A DNA stretch of 64,000 bases from an uncultured delta proteobacterium (GCA_963708295.1 CAVPSJ010000017.1:64001-128000), one strand, 5' to 3'; shown: positions 1-10,683, counted from the stretch's first letter. The notes: generated by a model from the sequence alone, not told the origin. Program-made: numbers and translations.

Positions 1-256
1 TGGCCAAAGAGGCCATGAGAAGGGTGAAAGGCAGTACGATGACCACGAGCACCAACAGGGTCATGATGAGAGCGGAGAGGATCTCCCTTTTTCTCAAGAG
101 GCTTCGAAGTTTCTTATGGACAGGATATAAGACCATGGCCAGGAGAATGGCCCATACGATGGAAGAGAGAAAGGGGGAGAGGATTTGATAGAGGAGATAG
201 ATGGAGAGGAAAGTGAGGAAGAGGATGAAGATAAGAAAGATATGTTCCCTTTTCAT
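1..256 (-). CDS. AI-2E/PerM family membrane transporter, N-terminal part (runs off the window start)
   Basis: Manual translation from ATG at 256 gives MKREHIFLIFILFLTFLSIYLLYQILSPFLSSIVWAILLAMVLYPVHKKL...LSALIMTLLVLVVIVLP, the typical AI-2E N-terminus (PF..i.wA..la....P). GAGG RBS upstream. Not in the ORF track. Confidence 0.8.
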   Translation of the reverse strand, partial: MKREHIFLIFILFLTFLSIYLLYQILSPFLSSIVWAILLAMVLYPVHKKLRSLLRKREILSALIMTLLVLVVIVLPFTLLMASLA

Positions 257-279
257 TTCTTACCTCGACGGTAAAACAT

Positions 280-717
280 TTATCCTTTTGAACGAACGAG
301 AAGGATGGGCGTCTCAGCCCGGATGATGACTTTGTGGGCTGTACTCCCAAGTACCCACCGAGTAATTCCGGATCGGCCATGGGTGCACATGACGATCAGG
401 TCCGCTCCAACCTCTTTGGCAAAGTCGATGATCTCCGCGGCCACCTGCTGCCCTGTCTTCACCATCAACGTCACCCTGAAACCCCTCTTTTTCAATTCCT
501 CAGCGACGGTCGCAAGATACTTCTCGACCGCTTCCTTTTGCTTTTCATCAACGATCAGAGGCGTCACCAGTTCCGGCGATCCATAGATAGGCATAAAAGG
601 AACCACCTGAAATAGAACAATTTCAGCTTCGAAGAACTTGGCCAGCTTTTCGGCTTCTTCTAAGCCCCTTTTTGCCAAATCCGACCCGTCCAAAGGAACT
701 AAAATTTTTTTATACAT
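280..717 (-). CDS. Universal stress protein (UspA family)
   Basis: MYKKILVPLDGS start; ADLIVMCTHGRSG and LGSTAHKV motifs; GGAGG RBS. Confidence 0.95.
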   Translation of the reverse strand: MYKKILVPLDGSDLAKRGLEEAEKLAKFFEAEIVLFQVVPFMPIYGSPELVTPLIVDEKQKEAVEKYLATVAEELKKRGFRVTLMVKTGQQVAAEIIDFAKEVGADLIVMCTHGRSGITRWVLGSTAHKVIIRAETPILLVRSKG

Positions 718-1195
718 ACCCCACCTCCGTCACGGCTTTTGAATGATTTATATCAATTTTACTCGGTCAAAGCAACAGAAAAGAAGATTCGAGGCGCAGG
801 AAAGGATTGCGAAATATGGATCAGATTTCTTGATAATGGCCAGTCGAACTATCGAAATTACCGATTTGACATCTCTGGGTTTTCCAGGTATCTGTTTTCA
901 GTAACCTTTCTTAACTAACGATGGGAGATTTCAACGTGAAAAAAGCCCCAATGCCCTTTTCTCTTAGATGAAGGGCCGCATTCGGCCTGAAGAGACCTAG
1001 GTTAGGTCTCCGGTTTAACAGAAGGAGAGAGAGAAAAGGGGCGTCCCTCACTTTTTTCTAACCCTTTGCTTCCTCAATTCCTTGCCCATCTCTTCCTCCT
1101 GACTTTTGCCTAATACGAGTTGCCTATGATTTAATGCAATGTCCTTAACATGTATAAACTGAACTAATTTAAATAAACGAGGAGAGAGGTGCCGT

Positions 1196-1696
1196 ATGGA
1201 AATCAAAAAAAGTGCTTTGTTTGTTTGTCTGTCTATCGGCTTGGCCTTTTTGGCAGTAACAGGGACGGCATGGGCCGCCGACAAGGAGTTGGAGAACGAA
1301 AAGATTGCGGTAAAATTCGGAAGAGAGGTCGATCGAGGCGGATACAAGGTGGTCACCACGCAAGAATTGAAAAGTTGGATTGATCAGAAGAAAGACATGC
1401 TGATCGTCGATACCATGCCGCCAGACAGCTTTAAGAAGCAGCACATCCCCGGTGCTGTCAACTTTGAACTTCAGAGGCCGGAGTTGACGCAGATGAGCGA
1501 GAAAATGCGGGATGACTTCGAAAAATTACTTGGACCGAACAAAGAGCGGACGATCGTCTTCTATTGTGGATTTACCGACTGCGAACGGAGCCACAACGGA
1601 GCCATGTGGGCGACGAAGTTCGGTTACAAGAATGCTTACCGGCAGCCGGGCGGCATCAAGGGGTGGCTTGAAGCAGGCTACCCGGTAGAAAAGTAG
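1196..1696 (+). CDS. Periplasmic rhodanese-like sulfurtransferase
   Basis: Signal peptide (…TGTAWA); IVDTMP, HIPGA, IVFYCGFTDCERS active-site loop, GGIKGW. Confidence 0.9.
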   Translation: MEIKKSALFVCLSIGLAFLAVTGTAWAADKELENEKIAVKFGREVDRGGYKVVTTQELKSWIDQKKDMLIVDTMPPDSFKKQHIPGAVNFELQRPELTQMSEKMRDDFEKLLGPNKERTIVFYCGFTDCERSHNGAMWATKFGYKNAYRQPGGIKGWLEAGYPVEK

Positions 1697-1865
1697 TTCG
1701 ATTTTTCCGTATAAATATTTTCTCGGTATTTGAACCACATCTTGGAGGCGAGACATCGTTTCCGGTTGTTTCGATCAATTCCTTTTTTCGACATGAGACG
1801 GGAGGCAAACGAGGGCCTGGGAATTCAACAAGCGGACGAGATGGAATCAACAGAGGAGAGAGAAT

Positions 1866-2456
1866 ATGAAAGAGATCGATTGTAGAGGAATGGCATGTCC
1901 TCAGCCTGTGGTTTCGACCAAACAGGCGTTGGATCAACTGAAAGAGGGAGAGATGATTGTCATCGTGGACAATGCCTCCTCCCGCGACAATGTGGAACGA
2001 TTTGTTCGAAGTCAGGGATGTACAGCGGAAATTAAGGAGAGTGGCCAGGATTTTTATATTCATGTTCGAAAGACCGACGGAAAGACGGAAGAAAAGACGA
2101 ATCTGTCTGAAGGGAAAGGGAAAAAAATCGTCGTTTACATCAACTCTCATCTTCTTGGAAGTGGAGATGAGGCGTTGGGGACTTTCTTAATGAAGGCATT
2201 TTTGAAGACCCTTCTCGATATGGGGACGAAGCCCCAGCGTTTGATCTTAGTCAATAGCGGCGTCCAATTGGCGGCAGGGGATTCCAAGGTGTTAGAGTCA
2301 CTCCAGGGATTCGCGGGGAAAGGGGTGGAGATTGTCTGCTGCGGAACCTGCGTCGATTTTTACGAGCTGAAGGGGAAGACGAAGGTCGGGGTCATTTCAA
2401 ATATGTACGACATTATTCAGTCTATGATCGATGCCGATAGTGTGATTAGGCCATAA
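1866..2456 (+). CDS. yedF: Selenium metabolism protein YedF (TusA/SirA domain plus DsrE-like domain)
   Basis: IDCRGMACPQP TusA motif; GDEALG..LMKAFL, NSGV and CGTC motifs; adjacent to selD. Confidence 0.9.
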   Translation: MKEIDCRGMACPQPVVSTKQALDQLKEGEMIVIVDNASSRDNVERFVRSQGCTAEIKESGQDFYIHVRKTDGKTEEKTNLSEGKGKKIVVYINSHLLGSGDEALGTFLMKAFLKTLLDMGTKPQRLILVNSGVQLAAGDSKVLESLQGFAGKGVEIVCCGTCVDFYELKGKTKVGVISNMYDIIQSMIDADSVIRP

Positions 2457-2595
2457 TGACTTAGAAAAGGGTTGCAGAACCCTTGATTCTTTCCCGGTAA
2501 AGAGGATTTTGGACGGGAATGAAAAGAACATTTATTTTATCGGTTGGATGTGATAGCCTAGACTTATAATTTGTTTTATCTGAGCGGAGAAAAGA

Positions 2596-3636
2596 ATGGA
2601 TGAAGTTCGACTGACTTCGAAGGTGAAGAAAGCGGGTTGAGCCGCTAAACTGGGTCCAGAGGATCTGGATCAGGTCCTGAAAGGATTGCCGATCCCGAAG
2701 AATCCGAGGGTTCTGGTGGGGCTGGATACGTCGGACGATGCCGGGGTCTATCAATTGAATGAGGAGGTCGCCCTGGTTCAGACGGTCGACTTCTTCACTC
2801 CGATTGTGGACGATCCCTTCACCTTCGGCCAGATCGCTGTGGCCAACGCCCTGAGTGACGTCTATGCCATGGGAGGAACTCCCCTCACGGGTATGAACCT
2901 GGTGGCCTTTCCCATCAAGACCCTCTCTCCTTCGATTTTGAAAAACATCCTGCTTGGAGGCCTTTCAAAGATGGAGGAGGCAGGCGTGGCTTTAGTGGGG
3001 GGCCATTCGATCGACGACCCGGAGATCAAATACGGCCTGGCGGTCACAGGCGTGGTCCATCCGAATAAAATCCTGACCAATGCCAAAGCAAAAACTGGGG
3101 ACAGATTGGTTTTGACAAAACCTCTCGGCACGGGGATCATCTCCACAGCCCTCAAAGCCGGGATGGCTTCGGAGGAGGCGATCCGGAAGAGCGTGGAGAG
3201 CATGGGGGCTCTTAATCGGGCAGCGTCCGAATGGATGAAGAAATTCGGAGCCCATGCCTGTACGGATATCACAGGGTTCAGTTTCATCGGCCATGCGTTA
3301 GAGATGGCTATCGCAAGCCAGGTGGGGATGGTGGTACAATCAAAGGCTGTTCCCGTCTTTCTGGAAGCCGTGGAATATGCGAAATTGGGGTTGATCCCCG
3401 GAGGGGCATCTTCGAATCGAGATTTTTTCTCCTGCCGGGTTGACGTTGATTCCGGCGTCCCCGCCCTTTTAGTCGATCTCTTTTATGATCCTCAGACATC
3501 GGGCGGTCTCCTGATTTCGTTGCCTCCCGGCGAGGCGGAGGAATACGTAGCCACGCTCAAAATAGAAAAGAATGTGGATGCCTCAATCGTGGGCGAAGTC
3601 GTGAAAGAACCTCCCGGGAAAATTCGGATTCTCTAA
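2596..3636 (+). CDS. selD: Selenide,water dikinase SelD, selenocysteine-containing
   Basis: ATG 2596 reads MDEVRLTSKVKKAG-UGA(2638-2640)-AAKLGP in frame with the 2686 ORF (DDAGVY, TVDFFTP, ANALSDVYAMGG, GGHS, DPQTSGGLL). The UGA is at the catalytic Cys/Sec position. Confidence 0.95.
2650..2673 (+). promoter_or_regulatory. Candidate bacterial SECIS hairpin for the selD UGA
   Basis: CTGGGTCCAGA-GGA-TCTGGATCAG stem-loop begins 10 nt after the in-frame UGA and has a G-containing apical loop. Confidence 0.65.
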
Positions 3637-3769
3637 TTTTCTTTCCTCAGACCACTCTTGTGGTTGGAAGAGGATTGCAGTAACATGGAGATTGAGATTC
3701 GGGCTCGGCCCATTCGGACGAGTGAAGAGATCCGTGAGGCCAGAAGAACAAGGGGAAGGGAGAAAGTCG

Positions 3770-4009
3770 ATGCAGATTGAAGTAAAATTGTTTGCCACGC
3801 TGCGCGATTATCTCCCGAAAGGAAGCAGCCGTTTTTCCTGTAAGATGGAGGTGGATGACTCTACTCGGGTTCAGGATATTTTATCTCGGCTCAAAATACC
3901 CGAAGAGATGCCCAAGATTATATTGATCAACGGCGTTCATGGGAAGAGGGAGCAGGGGTTAAAGGATGGGGACGTCCTGAGCATCTTTCCTCCTGTCGCA
4001 GGAGGCTAA
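3770..4009 (+). CDS. MoaD/ThiS family sulfur carrier protein
   Basis: MQIEVKLFATLR…LKDGDVLSIFPPVAGG with C-terminal di-glycine; ATG 3770 preferred over the longer ORF start. Confidence 0.9.
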   Translation: MQIEVKLFATLRDYLPKGSSRFSCKMEVDDSTRVQDILSRLKIPEEMPKIILINGVHGKREQGLKDGDVLSIFPPVAGG

Positions 4010-4014
4010 CGGAT

Positions 4015-4132
4015 GGTTCAATGACAAATGCCAAGGTTCAAATGACAAATGAAATCCAAAGCTCAAATATTAGATATTTTTGATTTTCAATTTGACATTC
4101 CTTTGATATTTGGATTTTGAAATTTGGATTTA
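4015..4132. repeat. Intergenic 7-nt-period inverted repeat array (CAAATGA / TTTGGAT type)
   Basis: Left arm caatgacaaatgccaaggttcaaatgacaaatgaaatccaaagctcaaat; right arm tttgacattcctttgatatttggattttgaaatttggattt. Confidence 0.75.
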
Positions 4133-4160
4133 ACAAACGGGCGGGATGCAACTTATATAG

Positions 4161-5913
4161 TTACTTCCGTTTTCCTTTGAGCTCCCGAATCTTCTTTTGC
4201 AGCCTTTCCTTCTGATCTGATTTGGGATCCAATTTCAAAGCCTTTTCGTAAAACTCGATGGCTTTATCGACCCGGCTCAGTTTAACGTAACCGTCAGCCA
4301 GATGTTCTGAGATCGTGGAATCGTCTGGAGTCAACTGGTTCGCTTTCTCAAGCTCGGTCACGGCTTTCTTGTAGTCCCCAAGCTTGTAATAGACCCAACC
4401 CAAGCTATCGGTGATGTAGCCCATATTGGGTTTCAATTCCATCGCCTTCTGGATCAGTTTCAAGGCCTCCTCCAGTTGGAGGCCCCGCTCGGAATACGAA
4501 TAGCCGAGATAGTTGAGGGCATCGGCATGATTCGGGTTAAGCCGAAGGACTTCTTTCATCTCGGCGACCATCTTATCATACTCCCCCATCTTATCGTAGA
4601 GCGTACCGATTTGAAAATGGATTCCCTCGCTCTTTTGAATCTTCTCAAGCCCTTTCTTCAGGGCGGCCAAGGCCTTTCCCAGCTGGTTTTCTTTTTCAAA
4701 GACCTCGGCGAGCAATAAGTAAAGGTCTTCCTCGCCCGGTTTGGCCTGGACCGATTCTTCCAGGATTCGGATACCCTCTCCGGTCTTGTTCTGTTTCTTC
4801 AGGATGAGGAAGATATTTCTCCTCGAATCCGCGAAGAGATCCGACTCGGGAGGGATCTTCTTGAACTCTGAGAGGGCCTGATCCAGGGTTTCTCTCTCCA
4901 CATAGGCCGCTCCCAAATAATATCGTGCCCGATCGTCCTTGGGATTCGCGGCGAGGACAAAATTGAATTCCAAAATCGCCTGGTCGAATTTGCCCTGTTC
5001 TAAATAGATCAAACCCATCTTCGTACGGATATTGAGATCGTCTGAATCGCTCTTTTGCATCTGTCGAAACTGGTCCAATGCCTCGTCAAACTTCTTCTCC
5101 TTGAGAAAAATCCGGCCGAGTCGGTCTCTGGCCCTTTTATTGTCCGGGTCGAGATTCAGGATCTTCTGGTAAACCTCTGCTGCCTTTTCAGGTTCATTCT
5201 GGATCTCATAGGTCAACCCCAAATCCAACAGGACGGAGGTCATATTGGGTTCGATCGCCAGTGCCTTCAAGAAATATTGTTTCGCCAGTTCATAAGATTT
5301 TGTCCGGATATAAATTCTGCCCAGGGCATAAAGGCCCATCACAGAGTCGGGTTCAACGGCGAGGAATTCTTTAAGGGTCTGGATGGCCTGATCATGCTGC
5401 TGGATCTCTTCGTAGAGGGAACTGAGAAAGAGGTGACTTTCCCGATGTTGAGGGTTGATCTGCAGTACTTTCTTGTAGGAGGCAATGGCTAAGGGATACT
5501 TCTTGAGGATGGAATACAGCCCGCCCAGGAGTAAATGGGCAGGGACATGGTCCGGATCGTCCAGAAGGGCGGTATTGCACTCTTCGATCGCCTCGTTCAA
5601 AAGGCCTTTCTGAACGTAAAGGGTGGCCAATTCAACGTGCAAAGAAGGCTCTTTGGCATCCCGGGCGATCGCTTCTTTGAGAGCCTCAATCGCTTCATCA
5701 ACTTTTCCGTTCCGCAATTTCAGCTGGGAGAGGAGAAAGTAGTAATAAGCACGGGGATTTGAAGACGAAGGTCTCTTTTGAGCTACTTCGGGTTTTTTTG
5801 GAGCGGGCCAGTGCGGGTGAAGCTTGCTTTTGAAACTCGAGCCTTCCAGCACAAGCCCCCAAAAAGAATAGAAATAATGAAACAACGAAGACTTTGACGA
5901 AGGGTCGTTCCAT
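4161..5913 (-). CDS. TPR-repeat lipoprotein (frameshifted near its 5' end)
   Basis: Many TPRs ending in ALNYLGYS…ITDSLGWVYYK. A lipoprotein signal (MERPFVKVFVVSLFLFFLGAC) lies in another frame from ATG 5913, implying an indel at about 5790-5840. Confidence 0.85.
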
Positions 5914-5944
5914 CCTTAAAAAATAACAGACTTTGGTCATAAAG

Positions 5945-6670
5945 TCAAAAACTCGAATTCGACCTTAAAAGGTTTTCCAGGGCATCCGAAGCAGCGTAAC
6001 CCTCCACCATTTTCCCATTTTGAAAGAGAAGCGTGGGGGTGGATTCGACGAGGAGACGCTTTCCCAGTTGCATATTCCTATCGATGGGACTCGTATCGCA
6101 CGAGGAGGGGGAAAATTCTTTCCCCTCGTGGGCTTCTTCCAGCGCCTTCAATCTACCTTGTGAACACCAGATGGCCTTGGCCTTCTCATAGGAAGCAGGG
6201 GTCAAAGGGTATAAAAAGAAGAAGACTTGCAGGTCCTCGATCAGCTTCAGCTCTTGATGCAGCTGCGAACAAAAATGGCATTGGGGATCCGTAAATACAT
6301 AAAGTTTTCGTTTCCCCTGTCCCATGGAAATGGCATTCTCGAGGGGAAGGGTGGAAATATCTACCCTTCGGAAGTCTTTTAATCGCTCTCGAATAATATC
6401 CCTTTTCGTTTGGCGATCCAATATCCGGCCGTGGACGATGAATCTCAGGGTTCTATCGATATAAATAATCGTCCTTTCTTGACCGATCTCCATGACCACC
6501 TCCCAGAACCCTTCCAGGGGCGCCTCCTTGATTTCCAAGATTCTAAATTCCGTCTTAATGAATTCCTTTAAGAGAGGGGAGGCCTCTTCGCTTGTGAGAG
6601 CAAGGGACTTCCCAAAAGGGAGGAAGATCAAGAAAGAAAACAGAGTTAGCGTCATCATCATTCGCTTCAT
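5945..6670 (-). CDS. dsbC: DsbC family thiol:disulfide isomerase
   Basis: Signal peptide from ATG 6670 (GGAGG RBS), N-terminal dimerisation region, VFTDPQCHFC and STPT cis-Pro motifs. Confidence 0.85.
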   Translation of the reverse strand: MKRMMMTLTLFSFLIFLPFGKSLALTSEEASPLLKEFIKTEFRILEIKEAPLEGFWEVVMEIGQERTIIYIDRTLRFIVHGRILDRQTKRDIIRERLKDFRRVDISTLPLENAISMGQGKRKLYVFTDPQCHFCSQLHQELKLIEDLQVFFFLYPLTPASYEKAKAIWCSQGRLKALEEAHEGKEFSPSSCDTSPIDRNMQLGKRLLVESTPTLLFQNGKMVEGYAASDALENLLRSNSSF

Positions 6671-6982
6671 GATAAAACCTCCTGATGCCATTATAGCTTT
6701 TTGGATAATAAAGAATAAAGATCCGTTTATTTTTCTCATTTCCGTGTCTTTTTTTTTATGAAGTTGTAACGGGCTAATATTATCATCATTTCCTAGTTTT
6801 CCTCCATTTCCTTTGAGCCATTCTTGACTGCGGGTCCAGTCCCGGCCCTTTTCAGAAGATGAATTCAAGAGTGGGGAGATGAGAATAAAGACGTAAGGGG
6901 GGTGACGGCGGTTTCAGGGTGAGTTCCTTAGCAACTAACCATGAGTCGATCGAGGTCGTTTATAACATCGATGAAAAGAAAA

Positions 6983-8329
6983 TCAATTGGCCTGTCCCTT
7001 TTTTTCGAACCGATACAGGGTTCTTGGGTTTACCCTTAGGATTTCTGAAGCGATTCTTTTGTTTCCCCCGACCTCCTTGAGTATTTCTTTTATATATTCG
7101 GACTTGATATCCTCCAAGGACTTCCGATCCTTCACTCCTCTTTTAATCATTTCCGTAAACCCTTCCGTCATCTCTTTCGGAAAGTCATTGGGACCCAACG
7201 GATCCTGATCGGTCATGATCACAGCCCTTGCGATGGCATTTTCCAATTCTCTGACGTTCCCCGGCCAATGATATTCCAAAAGGAGCTTCATTGCTTCTTT
7301 TGAAATCCCATGGATGTCCTTCTTGGCCTCTTTCGAATAGAGATCGAGAAAATGGTGGGCGAGCAACGGGATATCTTCTTTTCTGTCTTTCAGATCGGGA
7401 AGAAAAATGGGGAAAACATGAAGGCGATAGAAGAGGTCTTCCCGAAATTTTCCCTTCTTCATATTTTCTTCCAGATTTTCGTTAGTGGCAGCGATCATTC
7501 GGACATCGATTTTGGTTCTCTCCGTGCTCCCCACCTTCATCAACTCCTTCTCCTGAAGGACTCTTAGAAGTTTGACCTGAACAGAGGGAAGGATCGTGGA
7601 GATTTCGTCCAGGAAAAGTGTCCCTCCGCTGGCCTCTTCGAATAAACCCTTCTTCGCCTGGATCGCGCCGGTGAAGGCACCTTTGGTATGGCCGAAAAGT
7701 TCACTCTCTACCAACGTTTCAGGGATCGCCCCACAATTAAAGGGGATAAAAGCCCGGTCCGCCCTTGGGCTGTTATAATGGATGGCCTTCGCCACCAATT
7801 CTTTACCGGTTCCGCTCCCTCCGTAGATGATCACTGTACTGCTTCCAAGGGCAACCTTTTCAATCAGAGAAAAGACCTCCTGCATCTTCTTGCTTTTTCC
7901 GATGATGTTGTGAAATTCAAATTTCTTCTTCACTTCCATCCTCAGGAGCCTATTCTCTTTGAGGAGGAGGCTTTCTTTTTGGGCCTTGGAGATATGGATG
8001 AGGAGGTCATTGAAGTTAACGGGCTTGGTAATGTAATCATTTGCCCCTATCTTCATGGCCTCCACGGCTGTCTCGATCGATCCATAGGCGGTCATGAGGA
8101 TGACCATCACCTCGGGTCTCGTTCCTTTGATGGCTTTCAGGAGTTCGAGGCCGTCCATCTCGGGCATCTTCAGGTCGGTCAATACGAGATCGAAGACATC
8201 CTTTTCCATCTTCTCAATGGCCTCGAGACCGCTTTGAGCGACTTCTACATCATATCCTCCCATCTTGGAAAGACCTTTTCTAACGACGTCCCGGACAAGG
8301 GTTTCATCATCGACGACCAATATTTTCAT
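6983..8329 (-). CDS. Sigma-54-dependent response regulator (NtrC/AtoC/ZraR family)
   Basis: REC domain, GGSGTGKE Walker A, GAFTGA, TLFLDEI, WPGNVREL, C-terminal HTH. Confidence 0.95.
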   Translation of the reverse strand: MKILVVDDETLVRDVVRKGLSKMGGYDVEVAQSGLEAIEKMEKDVFDLVLTDLKMPEMDGLELLKAIKGTRPEVMVILMTAYGSIETAVEAMKIGANDYITKPVNFNDLLIHISKAQKESLLLKENRLLRMEVKKKFEFHNIIGKSKKMQEVFSLIEKVALGSSTVIIYGGSGTGKELVAKAIHYNSPRADRAFIPFNCGAIPETLVESELFGHTKGAFTGAIQAKKGLFEEASGGTLFLDEISTILPSVQVKLLRVLQEKELMKVGSTERTKIDVRMIAATNENLEENMKKGKFREDLFYRLHVFPIFLPDLKDRKEDIPLLAHHFLDLYSKEAKKDIHGISKEAMKLLLEYHWPGNVRELENAIARAVIMTDQDPLGPNDFPKEMTEGFTEMIKRGVKDRKSLEDIKSEYIKEILKEVGGNKRIASEILRVNPRTLYRFEKKGQAN

Positions 8330-8435
8330 CGCTTCTGCATCAGACTCCTTTCCGGCGGTATTTTAACCAGAAATGGGTTTTTAAATCAATGGAAAACATT
8401 TTTTGAGAATTCTTCATTCCAAGTTTTTCGGCGGA

Positions 8436-8536
8436 GTGGACCCATTCGGCGGCGCACGCTCGGCTCTGAGTTCAATCGAGGGGCTCGGGTTGAAGGCAAG
8501 CCCAGACTTTTCAGGCCGGGGAGTCGAAGGGTTGAC
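8436..8536. repeat. Small palindromic REP/MITE-like element between divergent regulators
   Basis: Imperfect terminal inverted repeat GTGGACCCATTCGGC … AGTCGAAGGGTTGAC enclosing further hairpins. Confidence 0.5.
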
Positions 8537-8603
8537 TGTTTGTCAATTTCTTATTAAATATATCGTTGTAAGAACCCAGGGGAATCCCGGAAAGGGGGCG
8601 GTC

Positions 8604-9656
8604 GTGGAAGACCAAATTCTCATTGTGGATGACGAAAAGATAATCTGCAGTGTCATCGCTCAAAGGCTGACCAGAGAGGGATATTCGTGCGTCACAGCCC
8701 AGAACGGGAAGGAAGCCTTCGAATATTTTTGCAGGGGAAATTTTTCTCTGGTCATTTCGGATATCCGGATGCCCGAAAAGGATGGTTTGGAGCTCCTGAG
8801 GCTTGTGAAGGCAGTGCGACCGAACATGAAGTTCATCATCATGACCGCCTATGCAGAGATCGATGTCGCCGTTGAAGCGATGCACCTGGGAGCGAATGAC
8901 CTCCTCCTCAAGCCCTTCGAATTGGAGCTTGTCGTCTTCAGCGTGAAAAAAGCCCTTGAGCAGAAGAAGATGGAGGAGGAGCTCGAGTCTTATCACAAAA
9001 ATCTGAAGAAATTGGTGGCAGAGAGGACCGCGAAGCTTCAAGAGGCTTATCATACGTTGAAGAAAGCCCATCTGGATTCGGTCAAGGTTCTGGCAGAGGC
9101 GATCGATGCCAAAGACCCCTACACACGAGGCCACTCCGACCGGGTGAGGCAGATGAGTTTGCAGATTGCCGCTTCTCTGGGATTTACCGAGGAGAGAATG
9201 GAGATTCTGGAATACGGAGCCCTCCTCCATGATATCGGCAAGATTGGGATTAAAGATGAGATTCTCCGGAAACCGGAAGCCCTGAGCGCCGAAGAGTATC
9301 AGACGATTCGGGAGCATCCGTTGATCGGCGTAAAGATCGTGGAAGGGGTTGAGTTTTTCAAGGATAAGATCCCCATGATTCGTCATCACCATGAACAATT
9401 TGACGGAAAGGGATATCCGGATGGTTTGGCGGGGGAAGCCATTCCCCTTGAGGCGAGGATCATCGCCGTTCCCGATGCTTTCGATGCCATGGCCAGCCTG
9501 AGACCCCACCGGAGGACCAGGTCCCTTGAAGACGTCCTTTCGGAAATGGAACAATACGGGGGACGACAATTTGACCCAAGGATTTTGGAAATCTTCCTGC
9601 GGGAAAAAGTTTACGGATGTTTGATTCGTTCTCCCTTATCCGGTTCGTTTGCGTAG
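8604..9656 (+). CDS. Response regulator with HD-GYP phosphodiesterase domain (RpfG-like)
   Basis: REC domain (ILIVDDE, ISDIRMP); DPYTRGHS, LLHDIGKIG, HHEQFDGKGYPDGL; probable GTG start at 8604. Confidence 0.93.
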   Translation: MEDQILIVDDEKIICSVIAQRLTREGYSCVTAQNGKEAFEYFCRGNFSLVISDIRMPEKDGLELLRLVKAVRPNMKFIIMTAYAEIDVAVEAMHLGANDLLLKPFELELVVFSVKKALEQKKMEEELESYHKNLKKLVAERTAKLQEAYHTLKKAHLDSVKVLAEAIDAKDPYTRGHSDRVRQMSLQIAASLGFTEERMEILEYGALLHDIGKIGIKDEILRKPEALSAEEYQTIREHPLIGVKIVEGVEFFKDKIPMIRHHHEQFDGKGYPDGLAGEAIPLEARIIAVPDAFDAMASLRPHRRTRSLEDVLSEMEQYGGRQFDPRILEIFLREKVYGCLIRSPLSGSFA

Positions 9657-9663
9657 AGGAAAG

Positions 9664-10446
9664 ATGGTTTTTGTATTGGGGATTGATATCGGGTCAGCTT
9701 CATCCAAGGGAATCGTTCTGGGGGATCAAGGCCCCGTGGGTTCTTTTGAGTGCCCTTCAGGGGGGGACTTCAAGCGGACGGCTGAGAGTTTGAGAAGGGA
9801 GCTGCTTTCCCGGGCCGGGATCTCGGCCAGTGATATTTCTCGAACGATCGCGACCGGATTTGGCTCAAAACTGGTCACTTTTGCGGATGACGTCAAGCCG
9901 GATATCGTCTGCCAGGCCGAGGGGGTTGCTTCCGTTTTTCTTTCTGTGAGGACCGTCATCGATGTGGGAGATCTTTACACCAAGGTTCTCCGCGTTGATG
10001 GAACGGGAGCCGTCCATCGTTTTCTGTTAAGCGGAAAGTGCGCTGGCGGGAGCGGCAGAATCCTTCAGGTCATTGCTAATGTTCTCCGGCTCAAGGTAGA
10101 GGAGATCGGCGAGTTGTCTTTGAAATCAAAAAAGAGAGTTGAGTTTAACACGGGGTGTGCCGTTTTTGCCGAGTCAGAGGCCATCTCCCGGCTCTCCCAG
10201 GAGGTCGCCCAAGAAGACCTTCTGGCAGGCATCCATAGAGCTCTTGCGGCCCAGATCAACAGTCTGGCGGAGAGATTAGGCGTGGAACAGGACGTGGCCA
10301 TGGTCGGCGGCGGCGCAAGAGACGTAGGTCTTGTCCATGCCTTAAGGGAGGCGAGAGGCCATGACATTCTCGTGCCGCCCGAGCCTCATATGACGGCTGC
10401 ATTGGGAGCGGCGCTGATCGCCATGGAAAGCTTAGCAGGCCGGTGA
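9664..10446 (+). CDS. ASKHA-type ATP-dependent activase (HgdC / BzdP-like subunit)
   Basis: LGIDIGS, IATGFG, VIDVG, KCAGGSG, GCAVFAESE, VGGGA, AALGAAL. Confidence 0.9.
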   Translation: MVFVLGIDIGSASSKGIVLGDQGPVGSFECPSGGDFKRTAESLRRELLSRAGISASDISRTIATGFGSKLVTFADDVKPDIVCQAEGVASVFLSVRTVIDVGDLYTKVLRVDGTGAVHRFLLSGKCAGGSGRILQVIANVLRLKVEEIGELSLKSKKRVEFNTGCAVFAESEAISRLSQEVAQEDLLAGIHRALAAQINSLAERLGVEQDVAMVGGGARDVGLVHALREARGHDILVPPEPHMTAALGAALIAMESLAGR

Positions 10447-10683
10447 AAAACGCCCATCTGCTGCGATCCGGTCCGCTCACCTTCTCGCGGGCATGCCAAG
10501 AAGTTGTGACTTATTCGTCACAACGTCACCCCCTTATCCTTCCCCGTATCAAAGCACGGGGCAGGTTTGTTGCCGCAGGGTGTAGGGAACGGTTTCAAAC
10601 CGTTCCCGATGAAAGATTTCGGGAGCCTGGCATCTGGGCATTTTTGACCAGCCCGGAAAGAATAACTTTTTAAACGACCTGCT
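10434..10683. mobile_element. MITE-like non-autonomous element, copy 1, with nested palindromes
   Basis: Imperfect TIRs AGCAGGCCGGTGAAAAA / TTTTTAAACGACCTGCT; CTTAG at both borders; shares GCCCATCTGC and GCATCTGGGCATT blocks with 21006-21157. Confidence 0.6.

Noticed and set aside
7688-9569. Long antisense ORFs (7688-8557, 8511-9569; likewise 50288-51256 and 58163-59227)
   Set aside because: They are shadows of well-supported genes on the opposite strand and carry no motifs
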